IMG/VR virus record: IMGVR_UViG_3300046318_000318
DNA length: 64,000 nucleotides
Strand: one strand, 5' to 3'
Source of the DNA: a virus
Lineage: Duplodnaviria > Caudoviricetes
Within the stretch, counting starts at the first letter, position 1. Each line of letters opens with the position of its first letter. Below, piece after piece: positions 8,264-19,600 of this stretch. Position numbers and translations under genes: made by a program. The notes beneath the pieces were generated by a model. It saw nothing but the letters and a program-made list of their open reading frames with translations, did no database searches and was not told where the DNA came from.

Positions 8264-10762
8264 TTACATTAAAGCAGGTTCAGTAAAATCTACACAGTTG
8301 TTATACCCACAACCTTTAGGTATCACCACGTTGTTAGGACATAGTACCACCACGTCTGCATTGGCTATACTGCCATAGCTGTCTTCATAATGGGATATTA
8401 GAAAGACTTGACTATGATTAGAGTTAGTCATCAGGTCAGTTACGGTGTTGAAAGCTGACTTTCTGTGAGCAGAATCCATGTTAACGGAAAACTCATCTAA
8501 GAACAAAGGTGCCTTATCCAGCTTTAGGTATTTCATAGACACTCTCATGAAAGCCATGTCTATCACTTCCTTCATAGCAGATGATCCCAGACTTACATCA
8601 GAGATATCGTTCTTATCATTGACTTTGACTTGAAACTTATAATCAAGTTCTAATTCATCGTCTAGTTGAAAGACAGGTTGTATCTCAAGAGGATATAACC
8701 AGACTTTCTTGATAATAGCGTTCATCTGTATAACGAAATGATTGATGAAGTTAATCAACCCTTTAGCGATAAGTCCTTCAGTAGGACTTAACTCTTTGAG
8801 CATGATCTTATACACTTCAGCCTGTTCTTGATACTCAGCTATCTGTTTCTCTATAGAGGTAAGCAGAGCTGCTTGGATATCTATCCTGGACACCATCTGA
8901 GTCAAACTAGCCAGTTCAGACTTAACCAACCTGATACAAGAAGTTATAAAATCTTGGCTAATAGTTTTCTCTATGTCTCTTACAGCTGAGCTATGGGCTG
9001 TCTGTAGATTAAACAGCTCTTGTTTCTTGAGATCTAGATTTTCTACGATGGCTATAGACTTAAGTAAGGATTGTTCTTTTACTTTGCTTCTTCTGATTTT
9101 TACCTGATAGTCCTGAGCAGACAGTTCTAATTTAGCATACTTGATCTTAAGGGCGGATAGGTCGTTACTTTGATTCTCAGCTGTGATCTGTTTGATCTTA
9201 GATAATTCAGCTAACTTATCTATAGAGAGATTGAGTTGTTTCTGTTTGTCCAGTTCCTGACTGTATGTCTGGATCATCTGTCTTACGCCTATAGGAGCCG
9301 TTCTCAGAGAACCATAAGACATGATGTGTTTCCACATGCTGTCTAAAGCTTCTACTTGTGTCATGAGTTTAAGAAACTGACTCATCAAAGTTAGATATTC
9401 AAACTGTTCAGCTTTTACACTCTCTAACAATTTAATCTGAAGTTCCAACACAGGTATGTCTTTATCCAATATTTCTCTGGATCTCAAACATTCATCATAC
9501 AGAGACTGAGAGAAACCTTTGAACCAAGTATGTTTACAGTTAGGGCAGCTAACTTCGTTATGTTGTTTAGCGTGGTCGTACTCCTTTAACTGAGTAAAGA
9601 GTTTATCAGAAGCAAATCTGGTGTTGTTAAGCTTCAGATTAAGATCTGCCAAAGCCTGAACATTACTCTGATAGCTTTCTTTTGTGTAACCTTTGTTAGC
9701 ATGCTTATACATCTCTGTCAGATACTCATCTAACTGAGGTTTAACAGAAGATAAAGCAGCAGATACAACATCAGGGTTTTTAACAATAGGGAAACTCAGT
9801 TGTTTATGCAACTGATCTATTTCATCTTGTATAGACTTAAGGCTCACATCTAGATCTTGAAAAGAAGCTAAGTTGTTCTGTTCCAACATGGATATAGACT
9901 TGCTCTGTTCATCCATCTCTTGATAGACCTTATGCAGAAGAGTCTCTAAAGACTTGATATCTGATTTAACAAATAACAAATCATCGAGTATTTCTTGCTT
10001 ACCCACATAGTTTTCTGGATTAATAAACTTGTTTCTATCTTGAACAGTATCTGTAGCTGCTTTCCTAAGTTTGAGCTGTATGGTATCAAAATCAGAAAGT
10101 GTGCTTGCCTTTAAGATAGACTGATCTGTTTGAGAAAGCAATCCGTCTAAGAACATGTTCAAATGACGTATGTCTTCTCTGTATTTGATATGCTCTTGCT
10201 CATTAGGCAGCTTGTTAGTCTCCTGCACTAATCTAGCTTGCTGTAGTTTGACAGCTCCTTGTATATCTCGGTACTGTTCTTTAAGCTTGTTGTAGAAACC
10301 TATAGCAAAGGTGTAATCACAATCAGCTATCTGGGTAAACCACTTTCTTCTCTCAGCCACAGACATCTTACTGAACTTAACTCTACCTGTCATAAGCCCA
10401 TGTACATCTGGAGTGATGTTAAACTCTTTTCTGACAAGTTCTTTAAACACAGTTACTGTGTGTCCAGGATTAAGCTCTTCCCCATCTTTACAAAAAGAAA
10501 ACTTATTACCCAGAGCTGTGAAGTCACTCTTTAAGGTATAGGTGCTTCCGTTGTGCTGGTAGGTTATATGTTTGTAACCTGACTTCTTATACTCAGAAGC
10601 TTCAGCAGGCAGAGGGCTCAATTCTTTAATCAAGCTGCTTTTACCAGATCCGTTACTACCAAGAATCAGCTGTATTTTTTTATCTGGGCTGTATTTGAAA
10701 TACTCTATAGAGTTCAAAGACATTCTCTCGTAGCCTTTAATCACCACTTCTTTTATCTGCAT
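8264..10762 (-). CDS. sbcC: SbcC/Rad50-like SMC ATPase (phiKZ gp165-like)
   Basis: Walker A GSNGSGKS, CPNC zinc hook in coiled coil, signature SLGSSAM, Walker B LFLDE. Confidence 0.9.
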   Translation of the reverse strand: MQIKEVVIKGYERMSLNSIEYFKYSPDKKIQLILGSNGSGKSSLIKELSPLPAEASEYKKSGYKHITYQHNGSTYTLKSDFTALGNKFSFCKDGEELNPGHTVTVFKELVRKEFNITPDVHGLMTGRVKFSKMSVAERRKWFTQIADCDYTFAIGFYNKLKEQYRDIQGAVKLQQARLVQETNKLPNEQEHIKYREDIRHLNMFLDGLLSQTDQSILKASTLSDFDTIQLKLRKAATDTVQDRNKFINPENYVGKQEILDDLLFVKSDIKSLETLLHKVYQEMDEQSKSISMLEQNNLASFQDLDVSLKSIQDEIDQLHKQLSFPIVKNPDVVSAALSSVKPQLDEYLTEMYKHANKGYTKESYQSNVQALADLNLKLNNTRFASDKLFTQLKEYDHAKQHNEVSCPNCKHTWFKGFSQSLYDECLRSREILDKDIPVLELQIKLLESVKAEQFEYLTLMSQFLKLMTQVEALDSMWKHIMSYGSLRTAPIGVRQMIQTYSQELDKQKQLNLSIDKLAELSKIKQITAENQSNDLSALKIKYAKLELSAQDYQVKIRRSKVKEQSLLKSIAIVENLDLKKQELFNLQTAHSSAVRDIEKTISQDFITSCIRLVKSELASLTQMVSRIDIQAALLTSIEKQIAEYQEQAEVYKIMLKELSPTEGLIAKGLINFINHFVIQMNAIIKKVWLYPLEIQPVFQLDDELELDYKFQVKVNDKNDISDVSLGSSAMKEVIDMAFMRVSMKYLKLDKAPLFLDEFSVNMDSAHRKSAFNTVTDLMTNSNHSQVFLISHYEDSYGSIANADVVVLCPNNVVIPKGCGYNNCVDFTEPALM

Positions 10763-10851
10763 GTCTATCCTTTTAGGCTTTATACATCTGATTTATCTGA
10801 GTCTTAAAGAAATATCAGAGTTTATTTTGTGATGTTAAACAAGGATTTAAA

Positions 10852-11721
10852 ATGATAACTGAGTCAAAGTTAAAACTGTACTCTCTGGGCATCGTAGTGC
10901 AAACTAAGCCAGATGACACAGATATGATAAAAGTAGTCCCTATAGAAGAATACTCTTATGTAGACGGTAAACTGTCTGAACATAAAGAAGAGTTCAAAGC
11001 TGACTACAAAGATATGTCAGGTACTATAAAGAAAGCATCTGCTGAAAGTTCAGTGATCATAGAAGCCAGATGGTTTCCTTTTGCACATAGTAACCGCATC
11101 ACATCTCCTGATGTGGTAGTGAACGAAACAGTGATTATCTTTAGCTATGCCGATACAGATAAGTACTATTGGACGACTATCTATAGAGAACCTAAACTAA
11201 GAAGACTAGAAAGAGTTTTATACGCTTTCAGTAATCTGGCTACAGGTATAACCAAGAGAGCTTTTGATAAGCTATCTAGTTACTGGTATGAGGTAAGTAC
11301 TAAAGACAAACATATTTGGTTAAAGACTACGAAGTCTGATGGTGAACCTTTTGAGTATGATGTGAAGATAGATACCAGAAAGGGTTATGTAGAGGTAAAG
11401 GATGATGTGGGTAACTACTATGTGTTGGACAGCCCTAGTAACACCATCACTATAAATGCCTTAGAGAAGATACATCTTAAAGCTCCGTTTATACACTTTG
11501 AAGCAAGCGAAAGAGTATTAACCACAGCTCCTAAGATAGATGAGAAAGGTGATGAGATCACTGAGACTGCTGGTGGTGGTATCACCAATACTGCCGGTGG
11601 GACAATTACTGAAAGAGCCGGTAAAGTGTTGTGTGACACACCTATAGTGGAAAACACAGGTGAGGAATATACAGCTGGAGCTTCTAGAGCTAATCCGCAT
11701 ATCTGCGCAGTAGACTGCTAA
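10852..11721 (+). CDS. Baseplate central spike (phiKZ gp164-like; OB fold + beta-helix)
   Basis: Divergent from sbcC; C-terminal ITETAGGGITNTAGGTITERAG beta-helix repeats; ends PHICAVDC. Confidence 0.65.
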   Translation: MITESKLKLYSLGIVVQTKPDDTDMIKVVPIEEYSYVDGKLSEHKEEFKADYKDMSGTIKKASAESSVIIEARWFPFAHSNRITSPDVVVNETVIIFSYADTDKYYWTTIYREPKLRRLERVLYAFSNLATGITKRAFDKLSSYWYEVSTKDKHIWLKTTKSDGEPFEYDVKIDTRKGYVEVKDDVGNYYVLDSPSNTITINALEKIHLKAPFIHFEASERVLTTAPKIDEKGDEITETAGGGITNTAGGTITERAGKVLCDTPIVENTGEEYTAGASRANPHICAVDC

Positions 11722-11723
11722 AC

Positions 11724-11768
11724 AAAAAAAAATAACACCCCCGGCCTGTGAGGGCTAGGGGTGTTATT
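11724..11768 (-). terminator. Cassette terminator T2
   Basis: aataacacccccggcctgtgagggctaggggtgttatt with A-tract; identical to T6. Confidence 0.85.
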
Positions 11769-11769
11769 C

Positions 11770-11970
11770 TCACGAAAACGCCAGATAGGGTTTTCGTGAA
11801 AAGACCCGGACCCCGTCCTCGCGGACGAAACTCCAGGTTTTCCTAACCATACACTTTTTGTACCGGGTTTCCCCGGTTTTAATGCTTTTGCTCATCCGCG
11901 CAGCTGCGCGGAGAGCGTACCCCGCAGCATAAAATGCTGCGGTGGTTTCACGACGGGTCATGTGTTCCAT
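11770..11970 (-). CDS. Cassette 2 cargo: small basic hypothetical protein
   Basis: 66 aa, Arg/Lys-rich, GAGGAG SD, stop abuts T2. Confidence 0.7.
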   Translation of the reverse strand: MEHMTRRETTAAFYAAGYALRAAARMSKSIKTGETRYKKCMVRKTWSFVREDGVRVFSRKPYLAFS

Positions 11971-12064
11971 AATACACTCCTCAGCTGATAGCTAGATCAA
12001 AAGCAATCTATTAAACTACAGCTATGTATCAAGTTAAGTATATGTGATTGAAATCTTTTATAAG
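11971..12064 (-). promoter_or_regulatory. Cassette 2 putative early promoter + structured leader + SD
   Basis: CTTATAAAAGATTTCAATCACATATACTTAACTTGA...GCTGTAGTTTAATAGATTGCTTTTGATCTAGCTATCAGCTGAGGAG. Confidence 0.85.
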
Positions 12065-12075
12065 CCGAATAAAAA

Positions 12076-12105
12076 ACTCTATACCAGCCTAGGCTGGTAT
12101 AGAGT
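12076..12105. terminator. Perfect 30-bp palindrome/terminator centred on CCTAGG
   Basis: actctataccagcct|aggctggtatagagt. Confidence 0.75.
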
Positions 12106-12113
12106 AATTCTTT

Positions 12114-14291
12114 TTAACCGTACAGGTAAACTGCACCGTAACCAGCTTGAGCTATAGGAGTAGCTGTCTTGGTTAAACCAGGATCTCTACCCCAAGCACC
12201 CACAGCCATCTCTTTAAGATCATCAGAAAGAGATACCTCGACACCAAACTTTTCGTTGTTGCCGATAGCTGAGTCAGGGAATACACGAGCTACTTCAGTC
12301 CACATACCAGTGACATCACTCTTCTTGAAGATATAAAGCATGCCTGCATCAGTACCTTTGGTGTCTTCATATTCAGCACCTACAGCGATGGTCTTACCGT
12401 TAGGAGAAACCCACACACTTCTACCGAAATGAGAATACTGACGCTGTCCGCTAGGGGTCAATTTCTGACCTCTGACATAGGCACCGTTGATATAGTCCCA
12501 AAGCTCTACATATCCATAACCATCACTATACTGGATATTTTTAGCAGCCATTTGGTCGGTTATCCATGTATTTGTATTAGGAGCTAATACACCGCGACAA
12601 GCAGCAGCTAACAACTTACCGTCCGAAGACATGTTCTGAACAGAGTTACCTAAATGACCGTAATGATCAGAGTGCCTGGGTGTAGAACTCTTCAACGTTT
12701 GGATCAAAGTAAACTGACCAGAGCCATTGTCTTTATACACATGCAAGGCACCCATCCAAGACACAGGGTATTGAGTTGGATTTGTATATGTAGCGGACTC
12801 ATCTAAAGTATCAAAAACAGAAATGGTTCTGCCATCTCTAGATATAGATACACTACCTGTGTTCTCAAGTGTATTAGGTATAGTGAGTGTTTGGCTCAAT
12901 ACCCAATCAGAGGCTGTCTTTCTATAAACCAAAGCTCTAGCGTTAGTACCAGCTGTGTTAAAGATCCAAGGTGTGTTCCATCTCTGTTTATAAGCTGCGC
13001 CATAAAAGCTATCAGCTATAACCAATACAGCGCCATCACCAGAAATCTTCACATCTGCATCTAGGGGGTATTCTTTAAAGTTGCTATTCAGGGAAATAGT
13101 TTTGTTCAAAGACCACGTATTGGAACCTGACACTCTGTTATAGATCTCTACAGCTGTGGTGCCATCTAAGTTAGCAGATTGTGAGACAGGCGTGGAATAA
13201 GAGAAATTAGCTTGAGTAAACTCAGAACCATAGAACTTATGCTCACCCAAAGTCAACACACCACCATCATAGCTAAGAGAAGCTTTGATAGCGCCTGATG
13301 TACCGGTGGGTCTTTGTATACGCTGTACATGAGACCAGGTACCACCTGACTTCACATACATATCAGCATAGTCACCACCAGACTCATGGTTACGATTAGC
13401 AGCTAAGTTAACATCACGTTTGTTACTGGTGGTTACCATGACTTGTCCGTCACCAGACAAAACCACGTTAGCACCATAGCCCTCACCAGCAGATGCAGTA
13501 TAACCTGCTTTGCTATTAGCTGTAACTATTTGCTTCTCTGTTATGGGAAGAAAAATAGTCTTGGTGGAGAACTGAACAATATCGCTATAACCAGATGCAC
13601 CAGAGTTAACACCTGTGTGTTTAGCTCTTACATAGTAAGTGGCATTCTCAGACAAACCTGTTACAGTCCAACTGATCTTATTAGCGCTGCTATTAATAGC
13701 TTCGCCAATCAACGTGTTAAAGTTGATATCACTAGATACTTGCCAAGATGAGGAGCTGTGAGTATCTGTGCCACCCACCACATCAAAAGGAGCAGTTACA
13801 AAAGTAACATCCCCACCCAGATTGTTGGATAGATTAACAGGAGATTGAATAACAGGTTTGTTAATCAAAGTCTGACCAACAGCTATATCAAACACTCGGT
13901 CGTTGATCCTAAAGCCTGCGATGCCATTAGCACCAGGTGCTGTATAGGTGATCACATCTTCTACACGACTTACAGTACCAGTTATGGCAGAGATACTGTA
14001 ACTGGTAAATGTATCATAGTTGGTGATGGTGTAAGTAGCTACCTGATTGGAGTTCAATAGAACAGGACCTTGGATACTGATAGTATCAGCATCTATAAGG
14101 TCTATAGGTAATCTACCCAAAGCGTCTAGACCGGCGATACCCCCAGGCCGATTGATCATCGACCTGTGGATACCACCAAGATTTTGCACAGCTGTTAAGT
14201 CTGTAGTGGCGTCAGTGCCGCCTTCATTGATACCCAGGACTCTGTCCAGAGCCCCGAGGTTCGCTGAAGGTCCTTGCAAATTACGAGGCAT
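12114..14291 (-). CDS. Tail fibre/appendage protein with Fn3-like domain and C-terminal FG-GAP-like beta-propeller
   Basis: Fn3-like segment (GLSENATYYVRAKH); repeats such as SHFGRSVWVSPNGKTIAVGA and EKFGVEVSLSDD; N-terminus shared with 16649 and 53167. Confidence 0.65.
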   Translation of the reverse strand: MPRNLQGPSANLGALDRVLGINEGGTDATTDLTAVQNLGGIHRSMINRPGGIAGLDALGRLPIDLIDADTISIQGPVLLNSNQVATYTITNYDTFTSYSISAITGTVSRVEDVITYTAPGANGIAGFRINDRVFDIAVGQTLINKPVIQSPVNLSNNLGGDVTFVTAPFDVVGGTDTHSSSSWQVSSDINFNTLIGEAINSSANKISWTVTGLSENATYYVRAKHTGVNSGASGYSDIVQFSTKTIFLPITEKQIVTANSKAGYTASAGEGYGANVVLSGDGQVMVTTSNKRDVNLAANRNHESGGDYADMYVKSGGTWSHVQRIQRPTGTSGAIKASLSYDGGVLTLGEHKFYGSEFTQANFSYSTPVSQSANLDGTTAVEIYNRVSGSNTWSLNKTISLNSNFKEYPLDADVKISGDGAVLVIADSFYGAAYKQRWNTPWIFNTAGTNARALVYRKTASDWVLSQTLTIPNTLENTGSVSISRDGRTISVFDTLDESATYTNPTQYPVSWMGALHVYKDNGSGQFTLIQTLKSSTPRHSDHYGHLGNSVQNMSSDGKLLAAACRGVLAPNTNTWITDQMAAKNIQYSDGYGYVELWDYINGAYVRGQKLTPSGQRQYSHFGRSVWVSPNGKTIAVGAEYEDTKGTDAGMLYIFKKSDVTGMWTEVARVFPDSAIGNNEKFGVEVSLSDDLKEMAVGAWGRDPGLTKTATPIAQAGYGAVYLYG

Positions 14292-14306
14292 GGACCTACT
14301 CCTTTA

Positions 14307-14633
14307 TCAAACAGCTTTTTCTAAACCGTGTACACGAATAGACACGTTGCTAGAACTGGCTTGGAAGAACATCTTCTCGCCAGGACTCATAGTCATACAG
14401 CTACGTTCAACGATGCCGCCGTCCTGAGGGATCTTGGCATTGAAGTCAACGAAGTCAGCAGGAGATGGAGTTTCACTTGTGGTGATAGCCACTTTAAGGA
14501 ACACGTCTACTGTGTCCATGTTCAAAGCGTTATAACTGGCAGTAGTGAACACCACACCAGTAGAAGGTACTTCATACACCTTCACAAAGTTGTTAGCTAT
14601 AGCCATAGCTTTACCAAGCAAACCGTTTGCCAT
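14307..14633 (-). CDS. Small tail-associated protein (paralog of 63377..63778)
   Basis: 108 aa; shared spacing of P..D..., RS...S..E..F, IR..G. Confidence 0.6.
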   Translation of the reverse strand: MANGLLGKAMAIANNFVKVYEVPSTGVVFTTASYNALNMDTVDVFLKVAITTSETPSPADFVDFNAKIPQDGGIVERSCMTMSPGEKMFFQASSSNVSIRVHGLEKAV

Positions 14634-14658
14634 AATAAACTCCTGATCTCAAAAAATG

Positions 14659-15336
14659 TTAGGGTGTGTTAAACTGATTAAAAAACATAACCAGTTGTCT
14701 GAGAGTGATGTACTTCTCTACTGGAGCAGCAGACAATACTTCGGCATCGGAAGCCACAGGTAAGTTTTGAACATTACCCAAACCCACTACGATCTTATCT
14801 GGTGCTGGTCTGTTAAGAATCTGAGTGGCGATACCATTAATAGCCGTAATCAGTTCTAGATGTCCGTAAACATAATCTAAGTTCTGATCGTGGTTAATAG
14901 GTGGAAAAGCACTGGGTTTGTCTGTGACGACATCCCAGACTGTGGTTCTTGGGTTATAGGCCATAGTGGCCAATCTCTCAAGAACATAATTATAATTAGC
15001 TGTCCATTCACCGCCGATAGTCTGATACGTTACTCGTAGAGTGCCGTTGGGGAAGTCAGTGTTAAAACTGATGCCGCCATACAGCATTTTTCCGATAGAT
15101 CTAGCCGCTCCTATATACGGTAGAGTAAGCATGTAATGCTGGTTCTCTACCATAGGTGTAATCACACCACCTGGACCCTCGTGTGAAACACTGAGATTAT
15201 CCAGATAAAATGGTGCGAAATTAGGGATTATGATCCTATAACGCGAATTGTTGACTTCGGTAAAAGTGTGTAGCTCATTAACGATTTTGTTACTGAGCAA
15301 TAGGCCAGTCGTGTCTAAAGGGTACGTTGACGGCAT
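14659..15336 (-). CDS. Virion tail/baseplate protein, YPLDxTG family (likely start MPSTY at 15336)
   Basis: YPLDTTG...N.I..E N-terminus shared with 55136..56218. Confidence 0.65.
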   Translation of the reverse strand: MPSTYPLDTTGLLLSNKIVNELHTFTEVNNSRYRIIIPNFAPFYLDNLSVSHEGPGGVITPMVENQHYMLTLPYIGAARSIGKMLYGGISFNTDFPNGTLRVTYQTIGGEWTANYNYVLERLATMAYNPRTTVWDVVTDKPSAFPPINHDQNLDYVYGHLELITAINGIATQILNRPAPDKIVVGLGNVQNLPVASDAEVLSAAPVEKYITLRQLVMFFNQFNTP

Positions 15337-15381
15337 AAAAGTTCTTCCTGAAGTTGACCATCCGATTTGGAGAAACAAGAA

Positions 15382-16638
15382 ATGTACAGCTACGTAAAAG
15401 CGGTGTGTTTAGCACGCACTGCCGGATCACAATGGATAGAGCAGAATATATCGAACCATGTTGTGTTCTCTATCTACGACACTTTCGCTAAGGTGTACAT
15501 CGAATTGAGCTTACCAGCTCTTCCTCAGAATATATACATCGACCTAGACACACTCAGATCAGAGTTTTCCAGCTTTGCTGGAACTCTGAATGAAATGCTT
15601 GTTTTATTAGGATCTAGAACATTAGAAACTGTTCCTCAGTTCCCTAACACAGAAGTTAAGTTTGTGAAGTATTGTGATGCGGTTCGAGCCAGATATAAAA
15701 TAGATATCTGTAGAATAGGCGTCAATCTTCCTGCAAATTACCCTGCAGAAGATAAACCTGATTTGGTTTTGACCAGACCTATTTATAGCACAGACATGTC
15801 TCTCATTCACAGCCACTGTTTAGTGACTGTGAATGGATTTGTGCATATGACTGATACTGACGGTGAAAAAGCTTACGTGGTAGATGGCGGTAAAACACTT
15901 CAACACTCACGTATGAATAAACTAGGCATCATCAGTTTTCTAGATGTGGGTAGACTCACCAAGATAAAACTGAACCCAGGTAACATCATACCTCAAACCC
16001 CCTCTGGTAACTTGGTAGATAGAACATTCTTTAGTGTAGATGCGGATTTAACTAGAAAGTCTTGCATACTTATACTGGGTGGGTACATAGTCATGCCTGA
16101 GCAAGGAGTCTTCTGGCAAACAGGTACCAATACTTTTGCTTTAGATTGGACCAAGATACCTCATATTGAACGTATCTATGAATCAGGCAAGACTTTGAAT
16201 CTGAGTTCTTTAAACCTAAATGCAGATCTCCTCAACCCTAATCTGTTTAGTTTACCAGAGATGATCAGCAATACCACACTAACTAAGTACATGACTTTAA
16301 GTCAAAGCTTTTTAGTGGTAGTGGATAAAGAGTTCTTAGTGACTAAGAAGATACCTATAAAGCATTCTAATATGCCAGGTATGTTCATAGCTTATCAAGA
16401 TCCTTCTTATCCTCTATTTGTGGGACATGGTAAGATCGCTGAGTATTGGAAAACACATGAAGGTGATAATCAGAGATGGGCCGTTACAGTAGCCGATAGC
16501 TATTATCAGAATTTCATTATCTCTCAACAGAACACAACCAACCTGAACTTAGTTAACAACAACGAAGTTAATCAAAGAAGTTTTTATAACTCCAGAGGTA
16601 ACATGTTAGAGATATCTGGTTACAACCTCACACCTTAA
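15382..16638 (+). CDS. Conserved chimallivirus virion protein
   Basis: Long ORF (track 15367..16638; ATG at 15382), divergent within the structural block. Confidence 0.6.
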   Translation: MYSYVKAVCLARTAGSQWIEQNISNHVVFSIYDTFAKVYIELSLPALPQNIYIDLDTLRSEFSSFAGTLNEMLVLLGSRTLETVPQFPNTEVKFVKYCDAVRARYKIDICRIGVNLPANYPAEDKPDLVLTRPIYSTDMSLIHSHCLVTVNGFVHMTDTDGEKAYVVDGGKTLQHSRMNKLGIISFLDVGRLTKIKLNPGNIIPQTPSGNLVDRTFFSVDADLTRKSCILILGGYIVMPEQGVFWQTGTNTFALDWTKIPHIERIYESGKTLNLSSLNLNADLLNPNLFSLPEMISNTTLTKYMTLSQSFLVVVDKEFLVTKKIPIKHSNMPGMFIAYQDPSYPLFVGHGKIAEYWKTHEGDNQRWAVTVADSYYQNFIISQQNTTNLNLVNNNEVNQRSFYNSRGNMLEISGYNLTP

Positions 16639-16648
16639 GAGAAACAAA

Positions 16649-19600
16649 ATGAGTAAACATATTTATAAAAATGATTCTGGTAGTTCTTCTTATATAGCCA
16701 GTATAAGTAACGGCGGTACAGGTGGGGCTAGTGCTACACAGGCTGCTGATAAGCTAGGTCTTTTGACCACAGACATGTTAGGCGTAGAGAAAGGTCTGGC
16801 TTTATTGGAATCTGTGAGTGGTCAACCTGTGTTGTCTATGGTAACTCTAGGTGATGAAGCCATCGTTAATAGAGTATCTGTGATTGGCTTAACCAATGCA
16901 GATATCAACACACAGCAAACTTACACCATTGTCAACTACGACAGTTTTACTAAGTATGCTGTTGTAGCTATTAATGGCAGTGTGGATAGTGTCAATGGTG
17001 CTGAAATACGCTACACCACTCCAGCTGTACCTGGTGAGTGTGGTTTTACCATTAACGGACAGAAGATATTGTTGAGAGCTATCGCTGGTGCTTATGTTAA
17101 TCCACCCACGATCACATCTCCTGTTAATAACAGTTTGGATAAAGGGCCTGATGTTACTATCACGACATCTCCTTTTCAAACCACAGGCGGTACAGATAAC
17201 CATCTGAGTACAGATTACCACATAGCTGAAGATCCTTTGTTTGAAACTGGATTTGTGGCTTACAGTAATCAGATCGCAGGTAAAACATCTTTTACAATAC
17301 CGAGTCTGCAAGCTGTCAAGACTTACTATATAAGAGCCAGACATCGTGGTGAAATGCTGTCTGTGAGCGGATGGTCTGCTGTGGCGATGTTTACTACGAA
17401 AACAGTATACAAACCTAACAAACCTTCTATCACATCCCCTCTGAATGCTCAGGAAGGATTAGGTCCTAATCTGACAGCTACTTCCTCAGCTTATAGCTTA
17501 ACTGGAAGCAGTGAGAGCTTACTGGCAGATGTGGAATGGCAACTGTCTAAGTCTAATACATTCAGTCCTTTGATTAACAGCTCTTCTGAGACTGGGCTGA
17601 ATGCTATTTGGAACAGCATAGATTATTCAAGTACTTATTATCTTCGGATAAGACATACATCTAACATCGGTACTGCCCCTAGTGATTGGAGTGATGTTAT
17701 AAGTTTTATGTCTGGAGCTATCCCTAATCCAAATACTCCCACTATCACAGCTCCTGTAGGTCAACAGGATATCGATCTGATATTGACAGCAGATGCATTT
17801 CACAGTGATGTGGGTGAGACTCATGCATCTTCCACATGGCAGATCTCTACAGACAGTAGTTTTGCCACAATAGTGAGTACCAAGTCTGTAACCAACAGCA
17901 CGACTCACCTGACTACTTATACAGTATTAGGTCTGAATACAGCTACTACTTATTACGCAAGAGTTTCTTATAAATCTGATCAAGGTAGAAGCAGTGCTTT
18001 TAGCGCTCCTGTTAGCTTTAACACCTTAGGTGTTTTGGTAGATACTCCTACGATCACATTTGTGAGCGGTGCTGATCCTTATTTGAATGCTTTGTCTAGT
18101 TACTATGTAGCTAACGATTCTGCTGGTCCTGTCAGTAAAATGCATTGGCAAGTCTACACCACTTCTGATTTCACATCTGGTGTTGTCTACGATCAAGAAG
18201 ACAACTATAACGGTACAGGTAATCCTTCCTTAACTGGTATCTATTTACCACCTAGTACGGTTCTGTATTTCAGAATGCGTTACAAATCTGCTAATGGTTT
18301 TTATAGTGGATACTCTAACGTATTGACTTCTACTTCTAGATCATATCTAACACCCCCTACTTTAAACACAGCTACTGTAGCAGAAGCAACAGGTACGTTT
18401 AGCTGGAACAGAGGTAGTAATACCGTCGTTGGTGTTGCCACTTCTTACAGATTTAGTCTTTATCCAACTTCTGATTTTTCCGGTGTTGGTGTGGATATAA
18501 ATACAGCATCCAGTACAATTAATGCTACTTTGGTTTATGATACTACTTACTACTGGAAAGTAGAACAGACAGATACCTTAACTTCTGCTGGATATACTGA
18601 AGTGAAAACTTCCACCACAGGTACTGTCAGTGTAGGTGCGCAACCTGATGTAGTTTACACTCTAACTTCTAGTGTTGATACTTATAACGAAGGTGAATCT
18701 GCTGTATTTATTTTGACTAAAAGCAGAGAAGATACTTCTGGTGACTTCTTAACTTTCAGTGGGGATGCTGGTAATGTCGCTGATATTAACTACTTATTAG
18801 AGAACACTTTGTCTTTTGGGGCAGGAATTGACGCACAACTAATTGTAACTGTACCTTTATTAGCTGATAACTTTACAGACGGTGATAAAATACTTACAGC
18901 TAACTGGAGAACTGGATCTATCACAGGTCCTATTGTAGCTAGTAAGTCAATCACTGTAGTAGACGTTTCTTTAACACCGGTTACACAACCTAGTGTCCAG
19001 CAACCTACCTTAACATTCACTGATAATACAGGTCCTAATTTATCAATTCTGGCAACTGATTACTCAGCTAATGCTGAAGCAGGTGTTTTAGAAACGGTGA
19101 TATGGCAATGGTCTTCAGATGCTACATTTACTGTTGTGGATGGTGAGCACCGAATTGACAGCACTGGTTCTACTGGTTATGATTTTAACAACACTGATTA
19201 TAGAGTTTTAAATAACATATACCTACCGCCTGGCACTACAATTTATATTAGGGTTACATACATATCAGCATCTGCAACAAATGCAGTATCCAATTTCATA
19301 AGCGGTTCTATAGCTTCTGGTGCTTATATCACAGCAGGTACTATAACAAATCCAGCTAATGATAGTTTAGACTTTGATCCTATTTACGGTAGTTTGGACA
19401 CTCCTATCTCCTCGACTCAATTTAGTCTTTTTCCAGGTTCTCAAAGCACAACCTTTTTAAACATATGGAAAGCTGGGTGGAGTGAACAATCTGCTCAAGA
19501 ATGGATGACATCCCCAATAGTAGATTATCCTGGACATGAATTTGGTTTATTGAACTTGGAATACGACACTCAGTATAATGCAAGAATACGAACAGTGGCT

